The position numbers were made by a program, and so were the translations under genes. This document shows, one piece after another, positions 35,536-48,439 of a stretch of DNA of 64,000 nucleotides. The stretch is from contig JBDLTT010000040.1 in assembly GCA_039805725.1 (NCBI GenBank), positions 1,309-65,308 of the forward strand. Direction: 5' to 3'. The notes beneath the pieces are model-generated. The model made no database searches and had not been told where the DNA came from. It worked only from the letters and a program-made list of their open reading frames with translations. The stretch is from Pseudomonadota bacterium (GTDB lineage: Bacteria; Pseudomonadota; Gammaproteobacteria; Burkholderiales; Rhodocyclaceae). Each line of letters starts with the position of its first letter. Within the stretch, counting starts at the first letter, position 1.

Positions 35536-36408
35536 TCAAAGTCCTGCCTGTTTCATGGCGGCGCGCACGCGCTCGTGGAACGCCGGTGCCAGTTGGGTCA
35601 GCGGCAAACGCGCACCATGCGACATCAGACCCATCTCAGCGACGGCCCACTTCACAGGGATTGGGTTGGCTTCACAGAACAGATGGCGGTGTAACCCGAC
35701 CAGACGGCGATTGATACGCACGGCTTCGATAGCATTACCCGCCGCTGCGGCAACGCACATATCGTGCATGGCACGCGGTGCCACGTTAGCCGTGACCGAG
35801 ATGTTGCCGTGATACCCCATCAGAAGCGTGGCCATACAGGTCATGTCATCGCCGGAATACAGCGCAAAGCCCTCTGGGGCGCGTTCGATGAGATCACAGG
35901 CACGATCGATGTTGCCGGTGGCGTCTTTCACACCAATGATGCCGGGCACCTGGGCCAGGCGCAGAATGGTGTCGTTGCTCATATCGGCCACGGTGCGACC
36001 GGGAACGTTATACAGAATCACTGGCAGATCAACGGCTTCGGCAATGCTCCGGAAGTGCTGGTATAGCCCTTCTTGCGTCGGCTTGTTGTAGTAGGGCACC
36101 ACCGAAAGACCGGCATCGGCGCCAGCGTCCTTGGCGCGCTGGTGGAGATAAATCGCCTCTTTGGTGGAGTTGGCGCCCGTACCGGCAATGATGGGGATAC
36201 GGCCACCGGCGTGTTTGACAGCCTGTTCGATGAGCAGGCAATGTTCGTCAACGTCCACGGTGGGAGATTCGCCCGTAGTGCCGACCACCACAATGGCATC
36301 AGTTTTTTCTCGGATATGAAAATCCACCAGGTTTCTAAAAGCATCCAAATCCAGCCGCCCGTCGGAATGCATGGGGGTGACAATGGCAACAATCGAACCG
36401 GTGATCAT
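35536..36408 (-). CDS. dapA: 4-hydroxy-tetrahydrodipicolinate synthase
   Basis: GTTGES, YYNKP, YNVPGRT, GVKDA. Confidence 0.98.
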   Translation of the reverse strand: MITGSIVAIVTPMHSDGRLDLDAFRNLVDFHIREKTDAIVVVGTTGESPTVDVDEHCLLIEQAVKHAGGRIPIIAGTGANSTKEAIYLHQRAKDAGADAGLSVVPYYNKPTQEGLYQHFRSIAEAVDLPVILYNVPGRTVADMSNDTILRLAQVPGIIGVKDATGNIDRACDLIERAPEGFALYSGDDMTCMATLLMGYHGNISVTANVAPRAMHDMCVAAAAGNAIEAVRINRRLVGLHRHLFCEANPIPVKWAVAEMGLMSHGARLPLTQLAPAFHERVRAAMKQAGL

Positions 36409-36484
36409 CTCAAAACCCATCCTTGAAAAGGCAGTGGCCGGGGAACCCATATCCCCGCCAGAATCTTTGCTATTCTAGCCGAAA

Positions 36485-37408
36485 TCAGATCTCGGCGAGC
36501 GCCCGCAAGTGGGCAGCCACACTACGTGCCAAGGCCGACATGACATAGCCGCCTTCCAGCATGGAAACGATGCGGTTATTGGCGTGGCGCGCAGCGACAC
36601 CGCGCAGCTGGGTGGTCACCCAGGCGTAATCTTTTTCGAAAAGCTTCATACCGCCCATATCGTCTTCATAATGCCCGTCAAAACCGGCCGAAATGAAGAT
36701 CATCTGGGGTTTGAACGCGTCCAAACGCGGAATCCAGGACTCCAACACCGCCTGCTGCAATTCTTCCCCGCCCGAACCACCGGGCAGTGGCACGTTGACC
36801 ATGTTGGAAGCCGGGTGATCTGTCCCGGAATAAGGGTAGAACGGATGCTGGAAAATGCTGCACATCAGGATCCGCTCATCACCGGCGCAGATGTTCTCGG
36901 TACCATTGCCGTGGTGAACGTCAAAATCGATAATCGCGACGCGCTCCAACTTGTGGTTTACCAGCGCATGGTGTGCCGCGATAGCAATATTGTTGAAGAA
37001 GCAGAAACCCATAGCGGCCTCCCGCTCACAATGATGGCCGGGCGGACGGACAGCGCAAAAGGCGTTTTCAGCCTTCTTGTCCATGAGTAAGTCCACCGCC
37101 AGAATGCCGGCACCGGCAGAGCGCAGCGCGGCCTGCCAGGTAAAGGGGTTCATAGCCGTATCGGGATCCAGATGCGCGATCCCGAAAGCCGGCGCCGTCT
37201 CTTTGATTTTCTTGATATGTGAGGCCGGATGCACCAGCATCAACTGCTCCACGGTGGCCAAAGGCGCCTCGTGATGGGCGAAATACATATCGATGCCCTG
37301 AGCAATCAGGTGATCATGAATCGCCGTCAAGCGCGCCGGGGCTTCAGGATGCAAATCCCCCATGTCATGCTTTAGGCAATCCGAATGCGTCACAAACGCG
37401 GTACTCAT
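36485..37408 (-). CDS. Histone deacetylase-family (AcuC/AphA-like) protein
   Basis: HPE, RPPGHH, GFCFFNN, DFDVHHGNGT, SAGFD, LEGGY. Confidence 0.94.
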   Translation of the reverse strand: MSTAFVTHSDCLKHDMGDLHPEAPARLTAIHDHLIAQGIDMYFAHHEAPLATVEQLMLVHPASHIKKIKETAPAFGIAHLDPDTAMNPFTWQAALRSAGAGILAVDLLMDKKAENAFCAVRPPGHHCEREAAMGFCFFNNIAIAAHHALVNHKLERVAIIDFDVHHGNGTENICAGDERILMCSIFQHPFYPYSGTDHPASNMVNVPLPGGSGGEELQQAVLESWIPRLDAFKPQMIFISAGFDGHYEDDMGGMKLFEKDYAWVTTQLRGVAARHANNRIVSMLEGGYVMSALARSVAAHLRALAEI

Positions 37409-37573
37409 AAAATTCCTGCTCCCCCAAACTGGCACGAATTGCAAAAACTCGGCCGCGCATGCTTTTGCATGACTTTTAGCTCTGATCTTTTAATTATCTG
37501 CCCATTTTCACCACTGAACAAGCCACAAACTATGGAAAAATGGGTACTCCTCCCATTGCCATATGCCGTTAAC

Positions 37574-38656
37574 ATGAGACGTTTTCTTGACCCGTGCTGT
37601 CGCGCACTTTTGCCCATCGCGTTAACCATGTCGCTGGCGCTCCTCTGGCTGGTGCCAACCGCCGAGGCGCGCAACCCGAAGAAACCGGCAAGCCCACCCA
37701 CCATGCTGCAGAATCCGGAAGTGGTCGATTTCATACAGCAGATGAGCGCCAAGCACGGTTTTGATCAAAGCACCCTATCCGACAGTTTCGCGCAACAGCG
37801 TCCGGACAACCGGATTATCCGCATCATGGCGCCGGCGCCGACGCAACTCACCCCCAACTGGGTGGCCTACCGGGAGCGCTTTGTGAACAGCCGCCGCATT
37901 CATCGCGGTGTGCAATTCTGGGACGCCCATAGCGACACCCTGGAGCGCGCCTCGCGCGAGTATGGCGTGCCACAGGAAATTATCGTCGCCATCATCGGCG
38001 TCGAAACAGAGTACGGCCGCAACATGGGCAGCTTCAATATTCTGAATGCGCTGGCCAGTATTGGTTTCTACGGCGAACGTCGCCGCGAATTTTTTCAGAG
38101 TGAACTGGAACAGTACCTTCTCCTGGCCCGGGACAACAGCATGGATCTGTCGACCACGCGCGGCTCTTTTGCGGGCGCCCTGGGTATTCCCCAATTCATG
38201 CCGAGTAGCCAGCGGCGCTGGGGGGTCGATTTTGATGGCAACCACAAGGTGGATCTGATTCACAGCCCCGTTGACGCGATTGGTAGTGTGGCCAACTTCC
38301 TCAAATCCCATGGCTGGCAAAAGGACGAGGTCGCGGTAATTCCGGTCACCCCGCCGCAACCATTGCCGATCGTCTTTGAAAAAGTCGATGTCAAACCGGG
38401 CATCTCCCTCGCGCAGTATCGTGATGCCGGCTTCGTGTTCGCATCACCGCTAAGCGATAGCACGCTCGCCACCTTGGTGACGCTGACCTCGCCTCAGGCA
38501 GCCACCCAGAATTGGCTGGGCTTAAACAACTACTATGTCATCACTCGCTACAATCGTTCGGCCGCCTACGCCATGTCGGTCATCGAGCTAGGGGCGGCAG
38601 TCCGTGAAGCACGGGCGGTCGCTCTGGCTGCGGCTGAATCGGTTGCGCTACAGTAA
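37574..38656 (+). CDS. mltB: Lytic murein transglycosylase B
   Basis: [37 protein letters not shown]; start uncertain. Confidence 0.93.
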   Translation: MRRFLDPCCRALLPIALTMSLALLWLVPTAEARNPKKPASPPTMLQNPEVVDFIQQMSAKHGFDQSTLSDSFAQQRPDNRIIRIMAPAPTQLTPNWVAYRERFVNSRRIHRGVQFWDAHSDTLERASREYGVPQEIIVAIIGVETEYGRNMGSFNILNALASIGFYGERRREFFQSELEQYLLLARDNSMDLSTTRGSFAGALGIPQFMPSSQRRWGVDFDGNHKVDLIHSPVDAIGSVANFLKSHGWQKDEVAVIPVTPPQPLPIVFEKVDVKPGISLAQYRDAGFVFASPLSDSTLATLVTLTSPQAATQNWLGLNNYYVITRYNRSAAYAMSVIELGAAVREARAVALAAAESVALQ

Positions 38657-39691
38657 CGAATCCGGCGTCAACTGACGCCCGCGAATAATGCCCTGCAAAC
38701 GTGTGAGCGCCTCACCCTGAATCTGCCGCACCCGCTCCCGGGTAAGCTGCAAATCGGCCGCGATTGCCTCAAGGGTTTCGGGCTCGCCGCCGCGCAAACC
38801 ATAGCGCCGTTCGATCACCTGACGCTGACGCTCCGGCAGCATATCGACCCAAGCCAATAACAAGGTTACCGATTCACTACTGGCAAAGGTCTCATGCGGG
38901 TCGCCCCCCTGCTCATCGGCCACCACTTCGCCAAGCGTCTGATCCGAACCGCTTTCTAGAGGTTGATCTAACGAACGGATCTGATCGTTTCGACGGAGCA
39001 ATTGCTCCACGACCTCTGGCGTCTTCTCGCACAGCCCTGCCAGTTCTTCCAGACTTGGCTCGCGGGCATGGGTCACCACGAACTGACGTCGGTGACGGTA
39101 AACCGCATTCATATCCCGCACCAAATGAACCGGCAAGCGCACCAGCCGCCCCTGATTTAACACGGCACGCTCAATCCCTTGCCGGATCCACCACGAGGCG
39201 TAGGTTGAAAAACGAAAACCCCGTTCCGGATCAAATTTATCCAGCGCATGCATCAAACCCAGATTACCCTCTTCAATCAGGTCGAGCAGCGGTAGGCCCC
39301 GGTTCATATAGTGTCGCGCAATCGACACCACCAGACGCAAGTTACGCTCCACCATTTCCTGACGTGCCGCAAAGTCACCTTCCCGCACGCGACGCGTCAG
39401 AGCAAGCTCTTCGTCCGCAGTCAGCAGGCTGTGCTTACCGATCTCGTTGAGATATTTTTGCGTCACATCGGCACTGGCTTCAACACGCAGACGCTCAAGC
39501 TCGGCATCCGCCAGCACCCGTTCGGCATCATCCAGGCGAGACAGCACTTCATCATCCGGCTCTGGGGCTTCAACCACATCAAAACCGACCCCATCCAGCG
39601 GCAAGTTTATGCGAACGTCATCAAACCCATCCGCGCCATCCGAACCTTCGTGCTGCGAAGGAATATCGGAACGGCGCGGTATTTTTTTCAC
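38648..39691 (-). CDS. rpoS: RNA polymerase sigma factor RpoS
   Basis: [41 protein letters not shown]; surE-pcm-nlpD-rpoS order. Confidence 0.93.
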   Translation of the reverse strand: MKKIPRRSDIPSQHEGSDGADGFDDVRINLPLDGVGFDVVEAPEPDDEVLSRLDDAERVLADAELERLRVEASADVTQKYLNEIGKHSLLTADEELALTRRVREGDFAARQEMVERNLRLVVSIARHYMNRGLPLLDLIEEGNLGLMHALDKFDPERGFRFSTYASWWIRQGIERAVLNQGRLVRLPVHLVRDMNAVYRHRRQFVVTHAREPSLEELAGLCEKTPEVVEQLLRRNDQIRSLDQPLESGSDQTLGEVVADEQGGDPHETFASSESVTLLLAWVDMLPERQRQVIERRYGLRGGEPETLEAIAADLQLTRERVRQIQGEALTRLQGIIRGRQLTPDSLL

Positions 39692-40488
39692 GTGCCGCGT
39701 TGAGTCAAGAATTTGAGGGGGTCAACCGGCTTGCCTTGACGGCGCACCTCGAAATGCAGCATCACCATATCAGCGTCGCTGTCCCCCATGTCGGCAATAC
39801 GCTGACCACGCTTAACAACGTCACCCTCTTTCACAAGGATCTTGCTGTTATGTGCGTAGGCCGTCAGATAATTCCCGTCGTGCTTCACGATCACCAGGTT
39901 GCCATAACCACGTAAACCGGAACCAGCATAAACCACCTTGCCATCCGCCGCGGCGTCGACGGGCTCACCCATCTTGCCAGCGATATTGATACCCTTGTTC
40001 GAGGCGTCATTAAAACCGGCAACCACCTTTCCCTTGGCCGGCCAGGCGAATTTCACACCATCGGCCATGGCAGCCGCCGTCGCCGAAGACGTGCTCGGCA
40101 TGTCTTCACCCGGCTTCACCGCGGCAACCTTGTTATTGTCTTTGGGCAACTGATCGGTTTTGGCCACCATGTTGTTGCTCGGCGGTGCCTTCTTGTTTTT
40201 CTGCGCACTGCGGCGCACGCATAGGGTGCGATCCAGTTGGATGATGTTCGGGTTGCTCAGTTGATTCATCGCGGCGATCTCGCGATAGTCGGCACCCGCA
40301 TCCAACGCGATACCGATCAGCGTATCGCCCTTCTTGACGGTCCATGTCTGCGTGCAGTCTTTGGGAAGCGGCGGATAGGGCGATGCGGTTTTGGAACCAT
40401 CATCCACTGGCGCGCGATGTAGCGACGTACAGCCTGCGAGTGCCGCCAGCAGCAACCCCATCGAGATATTTTTTAGACCCTGCGTCAT
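39688..40488 (-). CDS. nlpD: LysM/M23 lipoprotein NlpD
   Basis: Lipobox LAGC, Lys[21 protein letters not shown]. Confidence 0.93.
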   Translation of the reverse strand: MTQGLKNISMGLLLAALAGCTSLHRAPVDDGSKTASPYPPLPKDCTQTWTVKKGDTLIGIALDAGADYREIAAMNQLSNPNIIQLDRTLCVRRSAQKNKKAPPSNNMVAKTDQLPKDNNKVAAVKPGEDMPSTSSATAAAMADGVKFAWPAKGKVVAGFNDASNKGINIAGKMGEPVDAAADGKVVYAGSGLRGYGNLVIVKHDGNYLTAYAHNSKILVKEGDVVKRGQRIADMGDSDADMVMLHFEVRRQGKPVDPLKFLTQRGT

Positions 40489-41156
40489 TCCACACCTGGC
40501 AACATCGGAACAAACTTTACCGGATCTAGACGCTTTTCTGTCCAACCGGTGTCTGTCCGCTCAATCAACAACATTCTCTGCTCGGCCGATTCACTGCTCG
40601 AACCGAATGGCATGACCATTCTGCCACCAACCGCCATTTGCTGTAAGAGGGCTTCCGGTACCTTGGGTGCAGCAGCCGCCAAGATAATCGAGTCGAAAGG
40701 TGCCGCCTCCGTAATCCCCTGATACCCATCGCCGTGTTTAAGGCGCACGTTAAAGCACTTGATCGCACGGAGATTCACCTTTGCGCGTTCGATCAGTCCG
40801 GCGAGACGCTCAATGGAATAGACCTCTTTGGTCAGACCCGCCAACACGGCCGCCTGGTAACCGCAGCCTGTGCCAATTTCCAGCGTTTTTCCCAACGGTC
40901 GCCCATCGGCACGCAGGCATTCGATCATGCGCGCCACAACAAAAGGCTGCGAAATGGTCTGCCCCAGGCCTAACGGCAGCGCGGTATCTTCGTAGGCACG
41001 ATGGGCAAAGGCCTCATCGACAAACAGATGACGTTCGACCTTGTTGATTGCACCCAAGACACCCTTATCGGCGATGCCCTGTTGTTGCAGTCGTTCAACC
41101 ATACGTGCCCGTGTCCGGGCTGAGGTCATTCCCTGTCCAAGCGCCGCTCGACTCAT
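40485..41156 (-). CDS. pcm: Protein-L-isoaspartate O-methyltransferase
   Basis: AYED, QTISQP, LEIGTGCGYQ. Confidence 0.96.
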   Translation of the reverse strand: MSRAALGQGMTSARTRARMVERLQQQGIADKGVLGAINKVERHLFVDEAFAHRAYEDTALPLGLGQTISQPFVVARMIECLRADGRPLGKTLEIGTGCGYQAAVLAGLTKEVYSIERLAGLIERAKVNLRAIKCFNVRLKHGDGYQGITEAAPFDSIILAAAAPKVPEALLQQMAVGGRMVMPFGSSSESAEQRMLLIERTDTGWTEKRLDPVKFVPMLPGVE

Positions 41157-41159
41157 GAA

Positions 41160-41909
41160 TCAATCCAACCAGCTTCGGACTGAATCCAGTTGATCGGTAT
41201 GGGTCAGATCGAGGCGTAGGGGGGTGATGGATACATAGCCCTCACCGACCGCGTGAAAGTCTGTACCGGGACCGTTGTCTTGCGCTGCGCCGGCCGGCCC
41301 GACCCAATACACCTCCTCACCGCGTGGATTCGTCGTTTTGATCACTGGCTCTGCTTTGTGACGTTTGCCCAGACGCGCCACCTTAAAACCCTTGATCGCC
41401 TCAAAGGGCAAATCCGGCACATTCACGTTGAGCAGCACCGGTTGCCCGAAGGATTTGTTGAGTAATTTTTCACCCAGCAGGCGGGCAACACGACCTGCCG
41501 TTGCAAATTGCGTGGCTTCCTTGCCAACCAGCGACACCGCCATCGATGGCACACCCAGAAGGTAGCCTTCGGTCGCTGCGGCCACCGTGCCCGAATACAC
41601 CGTATCGTCACCCATATTGGCGCCATGATTGATACCCGAGACGACCAGACTCGGCAAAGGTTCAATCAATCCCGTCACGGCCAGATGCACACAATCGGTG
41701 GGCGTGCCATTAACAAATTGAAAGCCGTTGGGCGCCGTGCGCAAGGTCAACGGACGATCCAGCGTTAGTGAATTACTCGCGCCACTACGATCCCGTTCAG
41801 GCGCCACCACATTGATTTTTCCTAGCGGCGACAGGGCATCGTGCAAGACGCGCAAACCCGTTGCGAAATAGCCGTCATCGTTGGAAAGAAGGATCGTCAT
41901 GGTGGGCAT
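41160..41909 (-). CDS. surE: 5'/3'-nucleotidase SurE
   Basis: [28 protein letters not shown]. Confidence 0.97.
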   Translation of the reverse strand: MPTMTILLSNDDGYFATGLRVLHDALSPLGKINVVAPERDRSGASNSLTLDRPLTLRTAPNGFQFVNGTPTDCVHLAVTGLIEPLPSLVVSGINHGANMGDDTVYSGTVAAATEGYLLGVPSMAVSLVGKEATQFATAGRVARLLGEKLLNKSFGQPVLLNVNVPDLPFEAIKGFKVARLGKRHKAEPVIKTTNPRGEEVYWVGPAGAAQDNGPGTDFHAVGEGYVSITPLRLDLTHTDQLDSVRSWLD

Positions 41910-41964
41910 AAGGATACCGCAAGGCGCGGCGCTTACCGCAGGAGAGTCCTCGCTAAATCAGAAT

Positions 41965-41993
41965 AAAAAAGGAGGCCTTCCGACCTCCTTTTT
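41965..41993 (-). terminator. Intrinsic terminator after hns
   Basis: AAAAAAGGAGG-loop-CCTCCTTTTT. Confidence 0.8.
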
Positions 41994-42013
41994 AGTACGC
42001 GGCGAATTCGTGA

Positions 42014-42349
42014 TTAACGGATGAGCAGGCTTTCCAGTGATTTTCCTTGATTCAGGGCTGCCTGCACCCACAGCGGCTTGCGACCACGACCCGTCCAGGT
42101 TTCCGATGGGTTTGCCGGGTTGGCATATTTCGGTGCTACCGGCTTACGGGCGCCTGAGGATTTACGGGTTTTTTTGGTACCCGCCAGCTCTTCCAGTGAA
42201 TAACCATGTTCGCGGGCGATCTGCTTCAGCTTTTCAATCGCCGCTTCGCGGGCGGCACTGGTGGCCTCTTCCGTGCGGCGCTTGATCTCGCCCGGGATTT
42301 TTTTGAGCAAGTCTTTCAGCTGTTCTACATTGAGATTCGACAGATCCAT
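42014..42349 (-). CDS. hns: H-NS family nucleoid protein
   Basis: APKY...ETWTGRGRKPLW DNA-binding motif; N-terminal coiled coil. Confidence 0.93.
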   Translation of the reverse strand: MDLSNLNVEQLKDLLKKIPGEIKRRTEEATSAAREAAIEKLKQIAREHGYSLEELAGTKKTRKSSGARKPVAPKYANPANPSETWTGRGRKPLWVQAALNQGKSLESLLIR

Positions 42350-42552
42350 ATTTATCTCCGGAATAGTGCAGTTTTTAATAAAATCGAGCGGCAATTAATT
42401 AACCGATGCGCTAATTCTAATACCAGCATATTTAAAATACAACTCAAAAATATTTGAAGACGCGAAGTTAGGAATTTTTGAGAAATAAATTTGTTAAATT
42501 TAAAAAAACGAGCCGCTTCGATGATCGAAAGGGCTCTGAGATAGATTCAAAT

Positions 42553-42579
42553 AAAAAAGCCAACCGGCAAAGGTTGGCT
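42553..42579 (-). terminator. Terminator after tRNA-Pro
   Basis: AGCCAACC-loop-GGTTGGCTTTTTT on minus strand. Confidence 0.75.
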
Positions 42580-42595
42580 CATTCATTGAATCAAT

Positions 42596-42673
<78 letters not shown>

Positions 42674-42718
42674 CAAGCGCGCTATTGTACGGCAATAACG
42701 CAACCGGCTCAACGAAAC

Positions 42719-43180
42719 TCAGACTTTGAGTAGCTGAATGATCTCTTGCAGCTTGGCTTTGAGATCGCCGGGCACACCACGCTGACTTGTGTCAGCCACG
42801 GTGACTGCCTGAACCACGGCGCCGTTTGCGTGTCCGTTAGCATGGCTGCCGTTACTACTATTGCCACCATTGTGCCCATTGGGGTGACTCAGCTGATTCC
42901 GCGCTCCATGAATGGTGTAACCTTGCTCGTAGAGCAGTTCGCGGATACGGCGAACGAGCAGCACTTCGTGATGCTGATAATAACGACGATTGCCGCGCCG
43001 CTTGAGCGGCTTGAGCTGCGTGAACTCCTGCTCCCAGTAGCGCAGTACGTGCGCTTTAACCCCGCAGAGATCACTCACCTCACCAATCGTGAAGTAACGC
43101 TTGGCGGGAATAGGGGGCAACGCGGACAACGCCGTCGACGGGACGTCCGCTACAGCCGGCTGACTAAAGAGGTCGGTCAT
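42719..43180 (-). CDS. MerR-family transcriptional regulator
   Basis: [10 protein letters not shown]...[10 protein letters not shown]...RRGNRRYY; usual ihfA-merR-tRNA-Pro order. Confidence 0.93.
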   Translation of the reverse strand: MTDLFSQPAVADVPSTALSALPPIPAKRYFTIGEVSDLCGVKAHVLRYWEQEFTQLKPLKRRGNRRYYQHHEVLLVRRIRELLYEQGYTIHGARNQLSHPNGHNGGNSSNGSHANGHANGAVVQAVTVADTSQRGVPGDLKAKLQEIIQLLKV

Positions 43181-43199
43181 GACTTATTGCTGGGTTTGG

Positions 43200-43505
43200 T
43201 CAGCTACGGCTCGACTTCTGAATACGCTCAACCTCATCCTTGAGCTTCTGGCTGGGATGAAAGGTCACGACGCGGCGTGCCGAGATCGGAATCTCCTCGC
43301 CGGTCTTGGGATTACGACCCGGGCGTTGCGGCTTGTCGCGCAACTGGAAATTGCCAAAGCCCGACAGTTTGACCCACTGCCCCGCCGTCAGCGTATCCGC
43401 GATTTCGGTGAAGAATGCTTCGACCATGTCTTTCGATTCGCGCTTATTGAGGCCGAGATTCTCAAAAAGAATATCGGAAACTTCAGCCTTGGTCAGTGTG
43501 GTCAT
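43200..43505 (-). CDS. ihfA: Integration host factor alpha
   Basis: [19 protein letters not shown]. Confidence 0.97.
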   Translation of the reverse strand: MTTLTKAEVSDILFENLGLNKRESKDMVEAFFTEIADTLTAGQWVKLSGFGNFQLRDKPQRPGRNPKTGEEIPISARRVVTFHPSQKLKDEVERIQKSSRS

Positions 43506-43542
43506 GATGCGGATCTTTCGTAAAGCGTGATGTTATCGTTTT

Positions 43543-45921
43543 TTAGGTTCTCAGGCTGGCACCAGCGGCCGTCAGCCGCTCAAGCAACTGCGCCATGACA
43601 GCGTCAACCCTCTGATCTTCAAGGGTTCCTTGAGTATCCTGCAAGGTAAAGCGGAAGGCAAGGCCTTTTGACCCGTCAGGCACCCCTTTGCCTTGATATT
43701 GGTCAAACAAGTCGACAGCGCGCAGCACAACGGGGGCGCCTTGCCAAAGACAATTTATAAGTTGCTGCACCGGTACGGCGGCATCGACCACTACGGCCAG
43801 GTCGCGCAGGACCACCGGGAAAGATGACACCGGGATATAAGTCGGCACCCTGCTTGGGGTCAGGACATCCATATCCAACTCGAAGAGGATCGGCGCAGAT
43901 TCCAGCTCATACTGCTGGACCCAGCGTGGGTGCAGCTCGCCCAACCAGCCAGCCGGATGACCATCGCGCAGGACACGGGCCGAACGACCGGGGTGAAACG
44001 CCGGATGTGCGGTCGCTTCGAAGGCAAGACGGCCAACTGTGTTGAGCGCTTCAACATCGGCTTTCACGTCGAAGAAATCGACAGCGCGGTGTTTCACGCC
44101 CCACTGCTCCGGAATAACGCTGCCCCAACTCAGCCCACCCAAGCGTAGGGTCTGGCGATAGCCCTCGACTTGGCCGGGTGCCTGACGGGTGGCACGTTCA
44201 AACACGCGACCCGTTTCAAAAATCTGCAGGCGCGGCTGACGGCGACGTTGATTGTGGATCAGCGTGTTGATCAGTCCACCGATCAATGTCGAACGCATCA
44301 CCGATAAATGGCTGGCGATGGGATTTGCCAGTTCGACCGGCGTGGCGTTGGCGGCGAAATCCTTTTCCCAGGATTCGGGCGTAAACGCGAGGTTAATCAC
44401 TTCCTGATAGCCGCGCTCCACTAGGGTCTCGCGCAGTGCGTGCACGGGGCGTTGCGTCTCGGTCTGTGCCTGCATGGCCATGGGACCGACCGGTGGCCTG
44501 GCCGGGACATGATCGTAACCGATGACGCGGGCGACTTCTTCGATGAGGTCTTCCTCAATCTCGAGATCATGACGCCAACTTGGCGGCATGATCACCACGC
44601 CCCCATCGACCACTTTAGGTTGGAAACCCAAGCGCTCGAAGATGGCTTTAATGTCGGCATCACTCGGGGCGATACCAAGCACCTTGCGAATACGATCAAA
44701 ACGGGCCGTCACCGGTTTGCGTTCGGGTAACGCCGTCACCTGGTCAACGACCGGGCCGGCGTCGCCGCCGCAAATATCAAGAATCAGCTGGGTGATGCGC
44801 TCAACCCCGATGACCGTATCGGCAAAATCGACGCCGCGCTCGAAACGGTGACCGGCATCGGTATTTAACGTCAGCCAGCGGCTTCGTCCCTGTATGGCCG
44901 ATGGCAACCAGTAAGCGGCCTCGATAAACACATCGGTAGTGCTATCGGCACAGGCGGTGCGTTCACCGCCCATGATGCCGGCAAGACCTATAGCGCCATC
45001 AGCATCGGCGATCACGCCATAGCGTGGATCCAGTGTCACTTCGTTGCCACCCAGCAGGGTAAGCTTTTCTTCCGGTTTAGCCCAACGGACGGTGAGACCA
45101 TGCTTCACGCTGTTCAAATCAAAGACATGATTCGGACGATTGAGCTCCAGCATGACGTAGTTGGAGATATCAACCAAGGCACTGATCGAACGCAGACCGC
45201 AACGCTCCAGGGCCTGGGTCATCCAGGCCGGTGTTTTGGCCCTGGCGTTCACGCCTTTGATGACGCGACCCGTGAAGCGACCACACAAATCTTCTGCTTC
45301 AATGCTGACCGACAGCGTTTGCTGATGCTTGGGTGCTACGGGTTTGATCTCAGGTATCGTCACCGGCGTATTGGTGAGCGCGGCAACTTCGCGTGCCAGA
45401 CCAAGCAGGCCCAGGCAGTCCGGGCGATTGGGCGTGAGCTTGAGCTCAATGCAGATATCGTCGAGACCCAAAAATTCGCGCAGCGATGTGCCGGGTTTGG
45501 CATCTGCAGCCAGAATCATCAAGCCATCGCTTTCCTTCGCCATACCGAGTTCGACGGCAGCGCAGAGCATACCGGCCGACGGCACGCCACGGACTTTGGC
45601 GTCTTTAATCTTAAAATCACCGGGTAGTTCAGCTCCCGGCAATGCGCACGGTACTTTAAGGCCGGCGGCCACATTGCTCGCACCGCAAACGATCTGACGC
45701 GGGGCGCCCTCACCCACATCGACTTCACACACATTCAGCCGATCGGCATCCGGGTGTTTGGTGACCGACAGCACATGGCCAACAACCACGTTGTTGAACG
45801 GTGGGGCCACCGGGCCGCGCTCTTCCACTTCCAGACCAGCCATGGTCAAAAGTTCGGCCAGCGCTTCGGACGAGAGATCCGGATTGACGAATTGCCGCAG
45901 CCAGGATTCCGAGAATTTCAT
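43543..45921 (-). CDS. pheT: Phenylalanine--tRNA ligase beta subunit
   Basis: HPDADRL, TPNRPDCL, RFERGVD, DLIEEVAR. Confidence 0.98.
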   Translation of the reverse strand: MKFSESWLRQFVNPDLSSEALAELLTMAGLEVEERGPVAPPFNNVVVGHVLSVTKHPDADRLNVCEVDVGEGAPRQIVCGASNVAAGLKVPCALPGAELPGDFKIKDAKVRGVPSAGMLCAAVELGMAKESDGLMILAADAKPGTSLREFLGLDDICIELKLTPNRPDCLGLLGLAREVAALTNTPVTIPEIKPVAPKHQQTLSVSIEAEDLCGRFTGRVIKGVNARAKTPAWMTQALERCGLRSISALVDISNYVMLELNRPNHVFDLNSVKHGLTVRWAKPEEKLTLLGGNEVTLDPRYGVIADADGAIGLAGIMGGERTACADSTTDVFIEAAYWLPSAIQGRSRWLTLNTDAGHRFERGVDFADTVIGVERITQLILDICGGDAGPVVDQVTALPERKPVTARFDRIRKVLGIAPSDADIKAIFERLGFQPKVVDGGVVIMPPSWRHDLEIEEDLIEEVARVIGYDHVPARPPVGPMAMQAQTETQRPVHALRETLVERGYQEVINLAFTPESWEKDFAANATPVELANPIASHLSVMRSTLIGGLINTLIHNQRRRQPRLQIFETGRVFERATRQAPGQVEGYRQTLRLGGLSWGSVIPEQWGVKHRAVDFFDVKADVEALNTVGRLAFEATAHPAFHPGRSARVLRDGHPAGWLGELHPRWVQQYELESAPILFELDMDVLTPSRVPTYIPVSSFPVVLRDLAVVVDAAVPVQQLINCLWQGAPVVLRAVDLFDQYQGKGVPDGSKGLAFRFTLQDTQGTLEDQRVDAVMAQLLERLTAAGASLRT

Positions 45922-45963
45922 GCTTGAAGTCTTTCGCTAAAACTCGATGCAGTCATGCGCCAC

Positions 45964-47067
<1,104 letters not shown>

Positions 47068-47091
47068 CTATCCGCTACTGCACTTTGCCGA

Positions 47092-47134
47092 TGATCCGAA
47101 AAAAAAGGAGGCTTGCCGCCTCCTTTTTCGGATC
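47092..47134 (-). terminator. Terminator after rplT
   Basis: GGAGGC-loop-GCCTCC followed by an 8-T run on minus strand, within an extended inverted repeat. Confidence 0.75.
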
Positions 47135-47165
47135 GCTCTGCGATTTTTTTCGAATCGCCCTGCGA

Positions 47166-47525
47166 TTACAGGCCGAGGCTTGCCTTGGCTTGGGTTGCCA
47201 GTTGGGCAAATGCCGGCTTGTCGAACACAGCCAGGTCAGCCAGAACCTTACGATCGACTTCGATCGACGCTTTCTTCAGACCGTTCATGAAACGGCTATA
47301 GGTCAGACCCAGTTCACGCGAAGCAGCGTTGATACGTGCAATCCACAGCGTGCGGAATTGACGCTTGCGTTGACGACGGTCACGGTACTGATACTGACCG
47401 GCCTTCATCACCGCCTGCTTGGCGATACGGTAGACGTTCTTACGACGGCCGCGGTAACCCTTGGCAAGTTTCAGAACTTTCTGGTGGCGCGCGCGCGCCG
47501 TTACACCACGTTTAACGCGAGGCAT
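47166..47525 (-). CDS. rplT: 50S ribosomal protein L20
   Basis: [14 protein letters not shown]...LWIARINA. Confidence 0.99.
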   Translation of the reverse strand: MPRVKRGVTARARHQKVLKLAKGYRGRRKNVYRIAKQAVMKAGQYQYRDRRQRKRQFRTLWIARINAASRELGLTYSRFMNGLKKASIEVDRKVLADLAVFDKPAFAQLATQAKASLGL

Positions 47526-47537
47526 AGTCTATTCTCC

Positions 47538-47735
47538 TTAAGCGTAGGGCAGCATGGCTCGGACCGATGCAACATCCGAGGCGTTAACGGTTTCCGGACC
47601 GCGCAGTTGGCGCTTAACCTTGGTGGTCTTCTTGGTCAGGATATGGCGCTTAAATGCGTGGCCGCGCTTAATGCTGCCGCTGCCACGAACGCGGAAACGC
47701 TTGGCTGCGCCGCTCTTCGTCTTCATCTTGGGCAT
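47538..47735 (-). CDS. rpmI: 50S ribosomal protein L35
   Basis: [14 protein letters not shown]...HILTKK. Confidence 0.99.
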   Translation of the reverse strand: MPKMKTKSGAAKRFRVRGSGSIKRGHAFKRHILTKKTTKVKRQLRGPETVNASDVASVRAMLPYA

Positions 47736-47863
47736 TTAGATGCTCCTTTATGTCATGTCATCAGGTGGTTTCCGACGGAAACTCTTGTTAACCCGATGCC
47801 ACTTGTAGTGACCCGGTTGTTTGCACAACCCGATCAATCCTGCTGAAAACCGCTACTGCTCAG

Positions 47864-48439
47864 TTAAGCCGCAGCCGTTTCCGTCTGTTCGTCTTTCACC
47901 TTCGGTTTAGCGCCTGCCGGGGCCTTCTTGACCGGGGCAATCACCATCACCATCTGGCGACCTTCCATCTTCGGCATCTGCTCAACAGCGCCGATTTCCT
48001 CTAGATCCGCTTTCACACGTTCTAGCTGACGCATCCCGAACTCCTGATGCGACATTTCTCGACCCCGGAAACGCAGGGTCACTTTGACCTTGTCTCCCTC
48101 GCCCAAGAAACGCACCATGTTGCGCATCTTGATCTGGTAATCGTTTTCGTCGGTACCGGGACGCAGCTTGACTTCCTTGACCTGAACCTGCTTCTGCTTC
48201 AGCTTGGCTTCATGCTGGCGCTTGGCTTCCTGGTATTTGAACTTGCCGAAATCCATGATTCGGCAGACCGGCGGTTCAGCCGTCGGCGCAATTTCAACCA
48301 GATCCAGTTCGGCTTCTTCAGCCTGCGCGAGCGCATCGCGAATGGAAACCACACCCAGCTGTTCGCCTTCGGGGCCGAGCAGGCGTACCTGCGGCGCAGT
48401 GATTTCCTCATTGAGGCGGTTCGACTTCGGAAGAGCTAT
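47864..48439 (-). CDS. infC: Translation initiation factor IF-3 (non-canonical ATA start)
   Basis: AAGGAG-8nt-ATA GCT CTT... gives the conserved [13 protein letters not shown] upstream of the ORF-track start; [18 protein letters not shown]. Confidence 0.95.
   Translation of the reverse strand: MALPKSNRLNEEITAPQVRLLGPEGEQLGVVSIRDALAQAEEAELDLVEIAPTAEPPVCRIMDFGKFKYQEAKRQHEAKLKQKQVQVKEVKLRPGTDENDYQIKMRNMVRFLGEGDKVKVTLRFRGREMSHQEFGMRQLERVKADLEEIGAVEQMPKMEGRQMVMVIAPVKKAPAGAKPKVKDEQTETAAA

Noticed and set aside
36422-36452. CTTGAAA...CCCATAT sigma-32-like motif on plus strand
   Set aside because: Spacer too long, and it points antisense into the deacetylase gene.
36485-37408. Deacetylase as part of the acs module
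   Set aside because: More than 20 kb from acs and in the dapA context; no sequence evidence of a link.
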